Source of the DNA: Zootoca vivipara
Lineage: Eukaryota
DNA: 64,000 nt
Assembly: GCF_963506605.1 (NCBI RefSeq)
Contig: NC_083292.1
Span: 38,316,001 to 38,380,000 of the forward strand
Direction: 5' to 3'
Shown: in pieces, positions 52,901-64,000 of the stretch
Layout: each line of letters starts with the position of its first letter
Numbering within the stretch: the first letter of the stretch is position 1
Program-made: the position numbers and the translations under genes
The notes under the pieces: model-generated
Seen by the model: the letters and a program-made list of their open reading frames with translations, nothing else
Told to the model about the DNA's origin: nothing
Databases searched by the model: none

Positions 52901-55900
52901 AAACTGCCTTATACCAAGTCCCTTGTCCATCTAGCTCAGTAATGTCAGCACTGACTAGCAGCAACTCCTCGTAGTTTCAGGCAGGGTGTCTTTCCCAGCC
53001 CTACCTGGAGATGCTAACCTAGGACCTTCTGCATGCAAAGCAGATGCTCCACCCACTGAGCTACAGCCCTTCCCACAGCCACAGACTCCCTCAGCTAAAA
53101 CCCTACTCTCTCCACTTCAGCCTCTTTAAATCTGAAACACAGGGAAAGCAAACTGGACCCACTCTACAGGGTTGTTGTCAAGAATCCCTGAGCCAATTTA
53201 TGTAAAGGCTTGGACGTGGGTAGACCCTCCCAGCTCCCCTGAGCCCCAGCCAGCATGATCAATGGTCAGGGATGATGGCAGCTGCGGTCTGACACCACAG
53301 CATCCAGACAGCACAACGCTAGGTACTTTTGTGCTAAGCAATAGAACTAGCAGTGACTTGCGAGGTGCTGGAAGACTCTGTAGGACCTAACCGCCCTGTA
53401 CTATCAAGCACTTTGCAAAGCAGAACTAAGCAACAGGCACAGCCTGTGTCACAGAACNNNNNNNNNNNNNNNNNNNNNNNNNNNNNNNNNNNNNNNNNNN
53501 NNNNNNNNNNNNNNNNNNNNNNNNNNNNNNNNNNNNNNNNNNNNNNNNNNNNNNNNNNNNNNNNNNNNNNNNNNNNNNNNNNNNNNNNNNNNNNNNNNNN
53601 NNNNNNNNNNNNNNNNNNNNNNNNNNNNNNNNNNNNNNNNNNNNNNNNNNNNNNNNNCATTCACATTTTTTTTCCAAAATATAGTCGGCCCTCCACAAGG
53701 TCTGAGGGACAGTGGACCGGCCCCCTGCTGAAAAGGTTTTGCTGACTCCTGGTTTAGAGACTAAGAACAGAGTTTGTGAGCCAGAAAGCTGGAGCTAGGA
53801 GCTCAGAAGACAAGGGGACAGAGTGAGGCTTAGGCAAGCCATATTTCTGAGTTGCACCCTGGTGGTGATTTTGTCAGATTTTTCCCACCTCCCCCCACCC
53901 CAATCTATAAAAAAGGTGGTATAATATTATCCCACTGCATATGGAAGGTGTAAATCTTAACATAACCAAGGCTGCAAAGAACTTAGAAGCTGCCACCTTA
54001 AAAAAAACACCAAACTCACTAGAAAGTTTAAACTGTGCCGGACGGTTTAAGCTCGAATTATTTCATTTACTGAATTTAGAGTGCTGTCTACAGACAGACG
54101 CATTGCAATTGGTTATTTTTGGCACATGACCTATTTCAAAGTGAAAGGAAAGGGCTGTCCAGCCCTGGTGGGTGTTCTCTATTATCCCCCTCCCCCACCC
54201 AACATCTAGACACAGACAATCCGCAAAGAGTGGCTCATACTGGTAGGTGGGCAGGATAGAGACAGAAGGGCAGACCAGACAAATTTTTACGTCCATCCAT
54301 AAAGCCAGAGATAGGCAAAGAAACAGCCCTTGGATTATATGTGGGCAGGATACCAAAAGGACATCATGAGGGTTGTACCCAAGGAACCAAAAACTGAACA
54401 GCTGATTCATTTTTAGCATGTTCATCCTGCCTTTCTATAAAAAAAGCACATCAGGAGGAGAGGGAGAAAGAGTAGATTCAAAATTAGGGTGAAATTAAAA
54501 ATATGAGACTTGCACAATAGCAGAAGTGCCTGATGAAAAAGGAAACCTATCAGAAAGTTTCAGCTGCCTGCAAAAACGTGAGCTAGGAGAGTGTCTTCTG
54601 GCAGGATGTTCCACTGCCCTGGAGCCAGCACCAAAAAGGCTCTACTTAGTATGCCATAACAAAAAGGGTTGGGCTCAGAAGATGACCCCAAGCACTGCTG
54701 AAAATCAACAGGTGTAGGGGCTGATCAGCCCCCTTGATAGAAGACCAGCAACAATAACTTTGTGGTATCAGTGCTACAAAAATAAAAGAAGATGGCTGCA
54801 CTAGTTTCCCTGGCCTGTTTGACAAGTCTCACTTGCCAAAAAATCTTACCCAACAAAGAAACACACTAGGAGCTGTGAGTGGTGTTGGAAGGCCTGATGT
54901 AGCCCTGAAGTGGTACATTTCAAAGGCCTACCACCATATTATCTGCTCATCCCTTGAGAACTTTGACTCCAGACTGGTTGTTGTGTGAGAATAAGCTAGA
55001 GGGAAATTGTAACAAAATCAAGACTTTTCAAACCAGCTCTTCAGAGCAGCTCCTAGGAAATCAGCTGCTGTGGGGTGGGGAAAATACGCATTTGAAAGGG
55101 GGTGGCGACAGAGAGAGAAAATGAACTTTTTCTTTACTGTCTGAAAGTGTCTTGTTTTGGAAGCAGCCAATAATATTCAGTTTCAAATTTTCACCACTGA
55201 GAAGGTCACACACATCCAGGCTTTCTGACTTACAAAGTTTTTACACTGCAGGTTTAAACTGCTGCCTTCTATGTGTCATGGTGTTGTCTAAAAATAAAAT
55301 AATAATTATTCTTGCAAATATAAATGTTAATTAAATCCACACCCTATAATCATTAAGGGGGAATTCAAGGTCTCATTCCTTCCTAAAGCATGGAATACAA
55401 AGAGGGAAACATACCATCCCCGAAGTCCAACAAGGTGGTTGAAGTTCAAAGGTTAAGAAATCTCCCTTTTCAGTGATCTCATCCATGTCCCTCCAAGATG
55501 TACACTTCAGCCCTGCAGCCTGCTGCTATCTGATAGGAGAAGACAGGTAAGAAGCTTCCCTCAGGACCGGTGGACTCCCACCCAGAGGAGTCCAGCAACC
55601 CAGCCTCTGAAGCCTGCCCATGACTCTGTGACAACCAGGTACACCACCCTTCTTCTGAAAAGACAAATCGTGACATCAAGGGAAAGGATGACTTATGAAC
55701 ATGCTCCCATTGACCCCGGCACTGCAACAGCAAAAACCCCTCACCCTAATTCAGGAAGTGGGCTGGACCCTGCTCGAATCATTCCCACAGAAGAAGCACC
55801 ACCACTTCCTATTCTGCTTTTGTCCGCCTCCCACCACCCACAAAAGGGTCTCAACTCCTTCTGACCTGCAAATAATACTCCTACAACTCCAGGAAAAAAA

Positions 55901-58021
55901 ACCACACATGCAGGAGCTCAGACCGCAAGTCAGCGAGCCAGCCAGCTCCTTCCTTTACAGAGTGCCCAGTGTCCACACAAGCTCCCTTGGGGGAATAGAC
56001 TGGAGGACACTGCCCCAAGGACCTCCCTGTGTCCCCTGCTCGCATTAACCTTCCCCACCCTCAAACACTAGGAACCTAAGATGCTGCCTTAAGACAGTCA
56101 GTCAGAAGCTTGGGTCTGTCTAGTTTAGTATTGTCTACGCTAACTGGCAGCAGATCTCCAGGCTTTCTAACAGGGACCGATGGGATCAAACATGGGACTT
56201 GCTACATGCAACGAAGGTGCCCTACCAATGAGTGACAGTGCTACCCCATAACACTCTTGTTAAACTGAAAAGAAAAACAAAGTCATTCATACACAGAAGA
56301 AACTTTGAGGACTCAACCCGCAACCTCAAACCACCAACCACTTGCTTCTCCACAAGGGCCCCTCCTTGGGACCCGCTCATCTACTGCCCAGTGAACTGCA
56401 TACAACACAAGTTATACCACAGTCTCCACATCCGCCATAAGGAAGGCCCCAGTCCTTTCCTCCAGGAAAGGGGGATGCCCCCTCCTGAACACCCCCACCA
56501 AAGCAGGGACTTGTTTCCTTAAGCGACCCCACATCCCACACAAAAATATGTTCGCTCCCAGAATCCTCTCTCTTTATGCCGAGGTGCAATCACTCACTCA
56601 CCATATGTTCAGTGTCATGGCAGGCTCCCACTGCCCCCCTGTTTGGGGGAACCCTCTCCAAATCCCAGCAATCACCCCCAATTATTGGAATATCATGGAC
56701 CACCATGACAGCCCCTTTCTGAGGCAATAGAGAGAAAGCCCCCCACACTGAAGGAGGCACTTCGTTCATCCATGCAACGCGACCCCCAGGACACCCCAAC
56801 CCAAACAGGGGGGTCCACTGCCTCCCCATTGCTCAGCAAAAAGGGTCTGATTCATTATATCACCCTATACACAAAAGAACACACGCACACCCACGCCAAT
56901 CCTAGAGACTCTGCCACCTCTAACCTTCCATTTAATTTTTATTTAACGGCAACATTATACCCAAAGCTTCTATTCTCTGAAATCTGCAGTTTTAGTATAT
57001 GGTTGCATTTTTAAACAAATTGTTGTTGAACTCTGCCTTCAGTGCTACTTACAAGCAGGAAGGTTGCTTTTCAATTAATGGAATCCGCACTGGGGTGGTG
57101 GAATACATCCCCCCACAACTCTTTGGAGCCTTCCCATACACCCCATATTCAAAGCCAACTACAGTACTCCCCCTGCTGAGAAATAAGAAAAAGGCCCTTC
57201 CATACCCCACGCATTGATCGCTCCCCAAATAAAAGCTCCCTCTCCCCAAACCCATCACACTTTCCCCTAATGTGAAGCGCCCCCCCCAATAAAACCCACA
57301 TCCACCTCCTTTCTCCCTCTTTGGAGGGAGTCTCATAACCCACCCCAAATATATACAGTATTCCATTGCAAGCAACATAAGATCTGCCAACTATCTCCAT
57401 ACATTTGCCCCTTCTTTCCCCCCTCATTTCCCCCCCCCCAGGGGCAGAAGTCACTTTTCACACACACCCCAACCCCCCCCCTGGGGTCGGGGAGAAAAGA
57501 AAGCTGTAGATTTTCTACTGTGGGGGATTCGGGGTCCCCCAAATATACAAGGGGTGGGGGGAGACTGACACCCCATTGTGAGTGAGTGGGGGGTCTCACT
57601 CACCTCTCCCACCCTAAACTGCCCTCCCCACTCACAGGGGGAGCCAGTCTCTTTCTCCTCCTCCTCCTGTGAATTGGGGGAGCTGAGACCCTTCAATAAA
57701 ACAGCTTTCTCCCCCACCCAGACACCTGGGTGAGATTCATTTACCTCACATAAAGATGCAAAGGCCCCCCTCCCCAATCTTTCTATTCCCCCCCTCCATG
57801 CAGCTCTCTTACTCACACGGGGGTCTCAGAGGAACACATTTTAAGACCCCCTCCCCAAATATCCATTCCTGCCCACCACAGAGTGGGAATCCCCCCCCAA
57901 CCAACGTTCCTCTCCGAGATTTAACACACACACACCCGCCACAGAAAAGGGAGTCACAACCTCGCCCCTCACCTGAGGAAACGCCGCTGCTCCCCCCAGG
58001 CTCGGGCCCGGCTGACGCCAT
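30111..58021 (-). CDS. PIP5K1A: Phosphatidylinositol 4-phosphate 5-kinase type-1 alpha
   Basis: Exons 58021-57973 ([16 protein letters not shown]), [missing exon(s)], 45629-45499 ([14 protein letters not shown]), 43933-43816, 43367-43215 ([22 protein letters not shown]), 42963-42664 (YDLKGS), 41888-41683 (IMDYSLL), 40664-40581 (IIDVLQSY), 38963-38915, 38257-38173, 37232-37095, 36338-36209. Less certain C-terminal exons: 34400-34332, 32614-32559, 31155-31082, and stop TGA at 30113-30111. Position between VPS72 and PSMD4 identifies the alpha paralog. Confidence 0.95.
30639..30857. mobile_element. Tigger/pogo-like MITE
   Basis: TA|CAGTCATACCT...AGGTATGACT termini; internal sequence related to 42098-42535. 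Confidence 0.7.
37426..37460. repeat. (GT)n microsatellite
   Basis: Seen directly. Confidence 0.95.
37873..37927. repeat. (AGT)n(AAT)n microsatellite
   Basis: Seen directly. Confidence 0.95.
42098..42535. mobile_element. Tigger/pogo-like MITE interrupted by a poly(A)-ended retro-insertion (42181-42359)
   Basis: TA|CAGTGGAACCTC...GAGGTTCCACTG|TA; 18-bp TSD AAACCTAGGATCAAGGGG at 42163-42180 and 42360-42377. Confidence 0.85.
45873..46688. mobile_element. Nested cluster: L1-like 3' insertion containing a Tigger-like MITE (about 45886-46126) and a Bov-B/Sauria tail (about 46479-46531)
   Basis: 15-bp TSD TAGTTAAACTGTGGA at 45858-45872 and 46689-46703; AATAAA plus A-rich end; GGGGTCACGAAGAGTCGGACACGACTAAACGACTAAACAACAAC. 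Confidence 0.7.
49238..50698. mobile_element. Non-autonomous Tc1/mariner-type DNA transposon carrying captured host sequence (Pack-TIR-like)
   Basis: 23-bp TIRs CCGTGTTTCCCCTTTTTTAAGAC and (reverse complement) CCGTGTTTCCCCCTTTTTAATAC, 21/23 identical; TA at 49236-49237 and 50699-50700; GC/CpG-rich interior with no transposase ORF. Confidence 0.85.
50171..50315 (+). pseudogene. IQSEC2: IQSEC2 (BRAG1) N-terminal coding fragment with a premature stop, inside the transposon
   Basis: [47 protein letters not shown] versus recalled human IQSEC2 ...[38 protein letters not shown]; the Tyr codon is TAG at 50237-50239 and similarity ends after about 48 codons. Confidence 0.85.
52683..53075 (-). mobile_element. 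Tandem pair of squamate tRNA-derived SINEs (Squam3-like) joined by a conserved spacer
   Basis: Two units with GCTGCCTTATAC...ACTGAC...GCAGC...CTGGA...GGACCTTCTGCA. Other copies at about 1180-1590, 2100-2250, 9860-10050, 11860-12020, 22515-22690, 36585-36720, 44866-45180 and 56085-56230. Confidence 0.65.
53458..53657. other. Assembly gap (N run)
   Basis: 200 N. Confidence 1.
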
Positions 58022-58700
58022 TTTACCGATTCACCCTCCTTTCCGCCTCCTTTTCTTTAAAAAAATTATTCCGTATTATTATCAATTTTTTTAAAAAAAT
58101 AGTATTTTTTCGCCGCCTCGCTTTGCCTCACGGCTGTAATTCTCTTTTTCTTGTTTCTTTCTCCACACCGCTCTTCATCATTATCACCCCCCCAGGCTCT
58201 TCACTTGGTCTCGCCCGCCTCGCTTTGAGCCGCGACTGCGGGCCGCACCACCCGCGCGCTCAGAGGGGTTGCCACGCCTCCTCCCCTGACCCGTCTCTGA
58301 TTTTTCACGTCCACAAACACGCACAACCCCCGCTTCCTCTCGTGGACCCGCCCAAACGGCGCCGGCACAAACCAATGCACGCAAAGGGGAGGGTGGAGCG
58401 TCAGAGCGGCGGCTGGGCAAGATGGGTGGGGGGGGAAGCTCTGCCTTGTTTATAACGGACCGCGGGTAAGGGGACCGGCACTGCGCATGCGCCAGGAGGG
58501 AAGTGGGCGGCCGGGGCTCTGAAGAAGGCAGCCATGCGTCGTGTGGGAGTGGGCGTGGCTCCACGGCATCTCAACGAGCACTGGCCTAGTTGACGTTGCC
58601 ATAGCAACGCCAGGCTGGGCCACCCCGGCCCCTGAGGGATGCTACTTGATGCAGCTACACCGTTGCCATGGTAATGCGGCCTTGTTCGATCTGTGCAGTG
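58022..58700 (-). promoter_or_regulatory. PIP5K1A: PIP5K1A CpG-island promoter and 5'UTR with NRF1 and two RFX X-box motifs
   Basis: TGCGCATGCGC 58482-58492; GTTGCCATAGCAAC 58595-58608; GTTGCCATGGTAAT 58662-58675; CCAAT at about 58372. Confidence 0.7.
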
Positions 58701-58904
58701 GGATGACCTCATCAGATGTGACACCACACCATATTATTATTATTATTATTCCATTATTATTAAAAATAGCAACAGAAACACTAATAAAGATAACACACCT
58801 CCCACTACTTTTGTATCAAAATTAGCTTTTGCATCCTAGCAAAAGCGTTTTATATAATCTCTGCCCCGTGAAGGCCTCATCAAATGTGACACACCAGCAA
58901 CAAT

Positions 58905-59120
58905 CCCATCGTAGCCAGTGTCAGGATGAGGAACTGGGAGAACAGGGTTCAAATCCCAACACAGCCATCAAGCCCACTTGTGTGACCTTAGGTTAGTCAC
59001 TGCCTCTTTTAGCAATACTGTCACAAGATTGTTGTGAGGAGCAAATGAGGAGGGGGGAAACCACATATGCCACCTTGAGCTCCTTGGAGAAAAAGGTGAG
59101 ATAGAAATGCAATAAAATGA
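58905..59120 (+). mobile_element. Old MIR-like tRNA SINE
   Basis: B-box GGTTCAAATCCC, TGTGACCTTAGG core, GTTGTGAGGA; antisense relative at about 62570-62750. Confidence 0.55.
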
Positions 59121-60552
59121 ATAACATTAGCAATGTGAATAAAAAAATAGCACTAGCATTACAGCAAATTAGCATGAGGCATTCGGTCTCCAGCATTGTT
59201 TAACACCATTTTAGTTAGTGGTGACAGAGGACCCCGGGTTAGGGAATCCAGATCTAACTAATGTTCACTATGGAACGAGCATGCAATATCTCTTCACTGC
59301 CCCTCAGCTGCAGAATGCATTGGCTTTTATCTCGATTAGTAAGGATTATCGCCTTCTCCCCTTTTTTTAAAGCAGCACAGAGAGATTACCTGAAAGCCCT
59401 TCCTTCTGTTGCTGTCCAGAGATCAGAGCAATGCTTCGGTGGATATTTTACAGTCCAAAATCACCTAATGAAATCAAACCACTCCATTTTACAATAGGCC
59501 TTGTGACCCAAGCCTTTGCAAGAAAAAGGAATATCTCCATACCATTTCCTTCCACCTTGATGAGTTTTACCTGAAGTTTAACAAACAGGTTGAAGGAAGC
59601 ATGTGGGTGTGTATGTGGAAAGTTCTGACTTCTGTGTTGCTGTATTGTAGCTTACTATATAAAAGTAAGTCTTATATCTTTAGCTCCACTTATTTTTCCC
59701 TCTGGCCCTGCCCACTATTGACAGGTGGCCCCCAGAAGGCTGCCTCTAACAGAATGTGGCCCTTGGCCTGAAAATGGTTCACACCACACCTGTATAAAAT
59801 GGACCTAACTCTGCTGAGTTGTGCAATCTTTTCAAAATCTATTTAAAGGAGGTGCTCTTCGGTGGAAGGCACAGATTCCTGTTTTGCTGCAGGCACAATT
59901 CTGAACAGGAACTGGAAGAGAGAGAAAACCCTTACCAGGAAGACTTGCATCACTTATGCAAGCTTGGTTCCCCTTTCGATTTCAGATGGTGTTAAGCAAC
60001 TAACAATCCAAAGGCCAAACCAGCAGCTTAAACGACAAAGTGGAGGTCACTGTATTCAGTTTCACTAGGCAGCTGGCTCAGATCACATTAGATAAAAGGG
60101 GGGGAAATCTTGGCCAGCTTCCCAGAGGAGGAGGAAAGTTCAGCAGGCAAACTCCAGAGGCTTCCTGCTCATCATCACATTTTTAGGCCCTGGAATAAGA
60201 CATATAAAAACCAATAAACTTGGGGGAGTGACATAAATGGACCTGAATGGCAACTTAATTCAAATTCTCTGACCTTTGCTGCATAATTAGGCTTCATAGC
60301 CCCCATACAACTCAACAGATCACCGGTAATCTTATACTCCCACCTGGGGAGAAGTTTCAGTGACCCCATCAAAGCACAATTTGAAGTTCTTACTTACCCC
60401 CAGTGGTAAGCCGCCATGCTACACATTTCATTATAAACCAAATCCTGAAACTTTTCAAGTAAAAGTCTACCATAAATGAAAGTACATGCCACATTGATCA
60501 TGACCTCACCAACTAAGTGGTGACAATGTTGAAAACATGTGATAATTTGACA

Positions 60553-60585
<33 letters not shown>

Positions 60586-62052
60586 TTTATTATTTACACC
60601 CTGCCCATCTGGCCGGGTTTTCCCAGCCCTCTGGGTGGCTTACAACATATCTAAAAACTTTATTAAAACATCAGTCCTTGAACTTCCCTAAACAGGGCTG
60701 CCTTCAGATGCCTTCTAAAAGTCAGATAGTTGTTTATTTCCTTGACATCTGAAGGGAGGGTGTTCTACCGGGCGGGCACTACTACTGAGAAAGCCCTCTG
60801 CCTGGTTCCCTGTAACTGTAACAGAACTAGAAACTGATTTTAATGGATGACTGGCCCCTATTTTGTTCCAGTCTTGAATCTAAATTATATTGTCTATATC
60901 CAGTGGTATTTTTCTAGAAAAAAGAGGTGCCGGAACTCACCATGAACACCTCCCTCGTTCTCTTAGAATGGCAATGGCGCCCACCTGAGGGGTGCCAGAA
61001 ATAAGTTCCAGCAAGTTCTGACTGAAAAAAAGCCCTGCCTATTATCTGATTCCCAGACCTTCAACAGTGGTTCCACAGTACCATAAGTAACATGCAGGGG
61101 GTTGGACTAGAATGATGATCCTTCAACAAGATGATCTTTAGGGGCACCTTCCAGTTCTCCACTGTTATGATTCTATGTACCAATACATGAAAAGCTAAGA
61201 TGGCTCTTCAGCTCTCTAAGAATGAAGTCACCAGTGTTTCAGTTGAAAGGAACCTCCATTCAAAGAGGCAGTCAACCTCTGGATATCAGTTGTGGGTGGA
61301 GGGAGAGGGAAAATTGCAGGATTTGTGGGCTTTCTGGAGGAATCTGTTTCACCAGTGTTGGTGGTGGTGGGGCGAGTTAGCCTTCATTCAGCAGAGCAGC
61401 GATGGCATTCTTGGAAGAGTCCACCAGCAAATACTAGCCACAAGCAGCAGATGAAACTCTTAAATTTTTTATTAAATTTGATGTTAAATTCGTAACAAAT
61501 TTTGAAAAGCAATAAAAATAAATTGGTAAAAAAGAGAAGTAGATGAAACTTCCAAATGCAGAGGTAGTGCACGTCTGAGTGGTGCTGCTTTGCAGGCTGT
61601 CTCTGCCTGCATTTGGAGACAGAATGCTGAACTTTGCAAAGGGCAGGGGATTAAGCAAATACATGAAAAATAGGCCTATCGGAGCATGATTGTTACATGA
61701 ATTTCCAGTTTCTGCAAGGGCATTAATAAAAGTAGGCTTTCAAAGAGGCAGCCAATAAAAGTAGGCTGTCTTCTGAACACCCAGCTTGCAGATGCTCCCC
61801 GTAAGCGTCTTGTTGGAAACCCATCGACTTTCTCGGCGTTCGATTCCCCTCCACAATCTCTGCGTCGACGCTCAACTAGTCGTGTCTACCCACCATCGGC
61901 GTCCGTTAGCTCGGCGCTCGATGGCTCCTCCCTCCCGTCATTCAAGCGCAGGCCTCCCGGAGACGTTGCGAACAGCCCCGCAACGCAGGGCGCGTGGTCG
62001 CGAGCCGACGGCATCGATCGCCACTCCGCTCTCCCTGGGGAAAGACTAAAAA

Positions 62053-63849
62053 ATGGCGGCGGCGGCGGCGGCGGCGTCCGCTTCGACGGGCCTGGCTGGA
62101 GGCCGAGCGCCGCGGCGGACGGCAGGGAACCGGCTCTCGGGGCTGCTCGAAGCGGAGGAAGAGGACGAGTTTTATAAGACGACATACGGGGGCTTCACGG
62201 AGGTAGGGGGCGGGACTTGGGTTGATGGGCAGCGGTAGGGTGCGTGGTTGGTCCAGGAGCGGGCTGGACTCCGAGCTCGTGGCCGAGGCGGCGCTTGCTT
62301 GTGATTGGCTGGAAGGAGGCGGGATAGGCGGGGCTACAGAGGCATGGGTCCCGTTTAGTTTGTAGTGTGTGCAATACGTATAATATAAATATTAATTTCT
62401 GGAAAGTTTGAACCAAGAAGGTCCAGCGCTTTCTCTCCACCAGCAGTTCTACCCGCATCTTCTTTTCTGCAACAGGTTGCTTGGCAGTAGACTGCTCCTG
62501 GACAGGGTGGTTTCTTTTAGTGATGGTGGCTGAATAAGTCATCTTGGTAGATAGAGGGAAGTATCTCATTTACATCCTACCTATCTTCTGCCAGGAGCTC
62601 AAGGTAGCCTACGTAATTATTTCCCCTCATTTAACTCCCACAACGACCCTGTGTGGTAGGCTAGGCAGTCACCCAGTCAGCTTCATGGCTTGAGTGGGAA
62701 TTTGAACCCTGGTCACCTAGGTATTGGTATGACACTTTAACCACACTGATTTTGGATGTCCTTTCCCATTTTCTCCTTTTTTTACAAGGTGTGGCTTAAA
62801 GGCTAGAGGGGTGGGTAAAAGATCTGCTGCGGTTGGCTTGGGGGACACACAAATTGAGTCTCTTGCCATTGCTGTTCAGAGAGCGAGCTCTCCCCACCCA
62901 ACCATCTTCTCTCGGCTGCCCTGCAGGAATCTGGTGATGATGAGTACAAAGGCGACCAGTCAGACAGTGACGACGAAGTAGATTCCGACTTTGATATTGA
63001 CGAGGGAGATGAGCCCAGCAGCGATCAGGATGACAATGAGCCCAAGCGGAAGCGGAGGGTTGTCACCAAAGCCTACAAGGTATGTGTAACAGGAGATGGG
63101 CAGAGCCGGGCATGCGGATGCCCTCCTGAAACGCCAAATCCATTAATGGGAGAGAGCAGGGCTGGTGGGAATGCTGAGCTCAAACTGCAGCAGTGTCTGA
63201 GTCGCTCTTGTGTCTCCACTGAGAGGCAAGCAAAGCGGAGCGAGGCATTTGCCCACTGCTGCAATGGAGACTGCTGGGAGTGCAGAAAAAGAAAGTGGTG
63301 AGGGAGGTGTTTGTGTGCAAGAGGCAATACTCTCGTCCCATGCGAACCGTGGGATTATCCATGGGGCGGGGAGAGTTGGCAACTTTCTGCCTGGGGTTTG
63401 AGGAGAGTGGGCAGCACATGCAAGGAGTCCCTGTGGGAAGTCATTTTAAGAACTACCATTTAGCTTTTTAAGGACCTGAATTTGCTTTTCCTCTTCCCTC
63501 CCCCTCCCTTTTTTCCTTTTGTGTCCTGCTTTCTTAGACCATAAGTCTAGAAGGGACTGTCTTGTTTTTGATTGATTGTATATAAGTTGCTCTGGGAGCC
63601 TTTTGTTGGTTGAAGAGTCAAGAAAATGTAAGCTCTGACCTTTCATGCTTTTTAAACACCTGGTGGCTTTTCATTCTGCTGTTGAATCACATCTATAAAC
63701 CGCCCTTCCTAATTTCTGTCGTTTGAATCCTCCGTAGGAACCCATCAAGAGCCTGAGGCCGAAGAAGGCAGACATTCCTGTAAGCAGCTCTCAGAAAGTG
63801 AGAGAGGAAAAGCTGGCCCCAGCCGAGCTCCAAGATGACCTCGGAGACA
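62053..63849 (+). CDS. VPS72: Vacuolar protein sorting 72 homolog (YL1, H2A.Z chaperone), exons 1-3; continues beyond the window
   Basis: Exons 62053-62202 (...LAGGRAPRRTAGNRLSGLLEAEEEDEFYKTTYGGFTE), 62927-63079 (ESGDDEY...DSDFDIDEGDE...TKAYK), 63738-63849 (EPIKSLRPKK...); GT-AG junctions. Confidence 0.97.
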
Positions 63850-64000
63850 GTAAGTGCCCATTTTGAGTGTGCATTAATTAATAAGTCTCAGATCCTTTTT
63901 ACACCAGCGATGAGGAAGCTTTCTCAGCCTGAAGGCCATATCCTTTCATAGGTGACTTTCCAGGGGCTGCATGCTAGTGCTGCGCAGGGCCAGAAGAAGA

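Overview
Vertebrate genomic DNA, almost certainly a squamate and probably a lacertid lizard (Sauria/POM-type SINEs, squamate tRNA-SINEs, CR1/L1/L2 fragments, hAT and Tc1/mariner MITEs). It carries the block found at human 1q21.3 in reverse orientation: VPS72 exons 1-3 (+, from 62053), PIP5K1A (-, 58021-30111, one or two early exons missing, probably in an assembly gap), complete PSMD4 (-, 25039-18512) and a CpG-island promoter with a non-coding first exon at about 7.1-8.4 kb that by synteny should be ZNF687. Two things are not explained by that block. (1) Between PSMD4 and the putative ZNF687 promoter is an intact, TATA-preceded, 5-6-exon + strand gene (10692-15547) for a 191-200 aa type II membrane BRICHOS protein. 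Its exon sizes, intron phases and motifs match pro-surfactant protein C (SFTPC), but it lacks the poly-Val stretch and palmitoylated Cys-Cys of mature SP-C. (2) A PIP5K1A intron contains a 1.46-kb TA-flanked Tc1/mariner-type non-autonomous transposon (49238-50698) carrying a GC-rich, stop-disrupted copy of the IQSEC2 5' end (Pack-TIR-like gene capture). All homology calls are from recall and manual translation; no searches were run.
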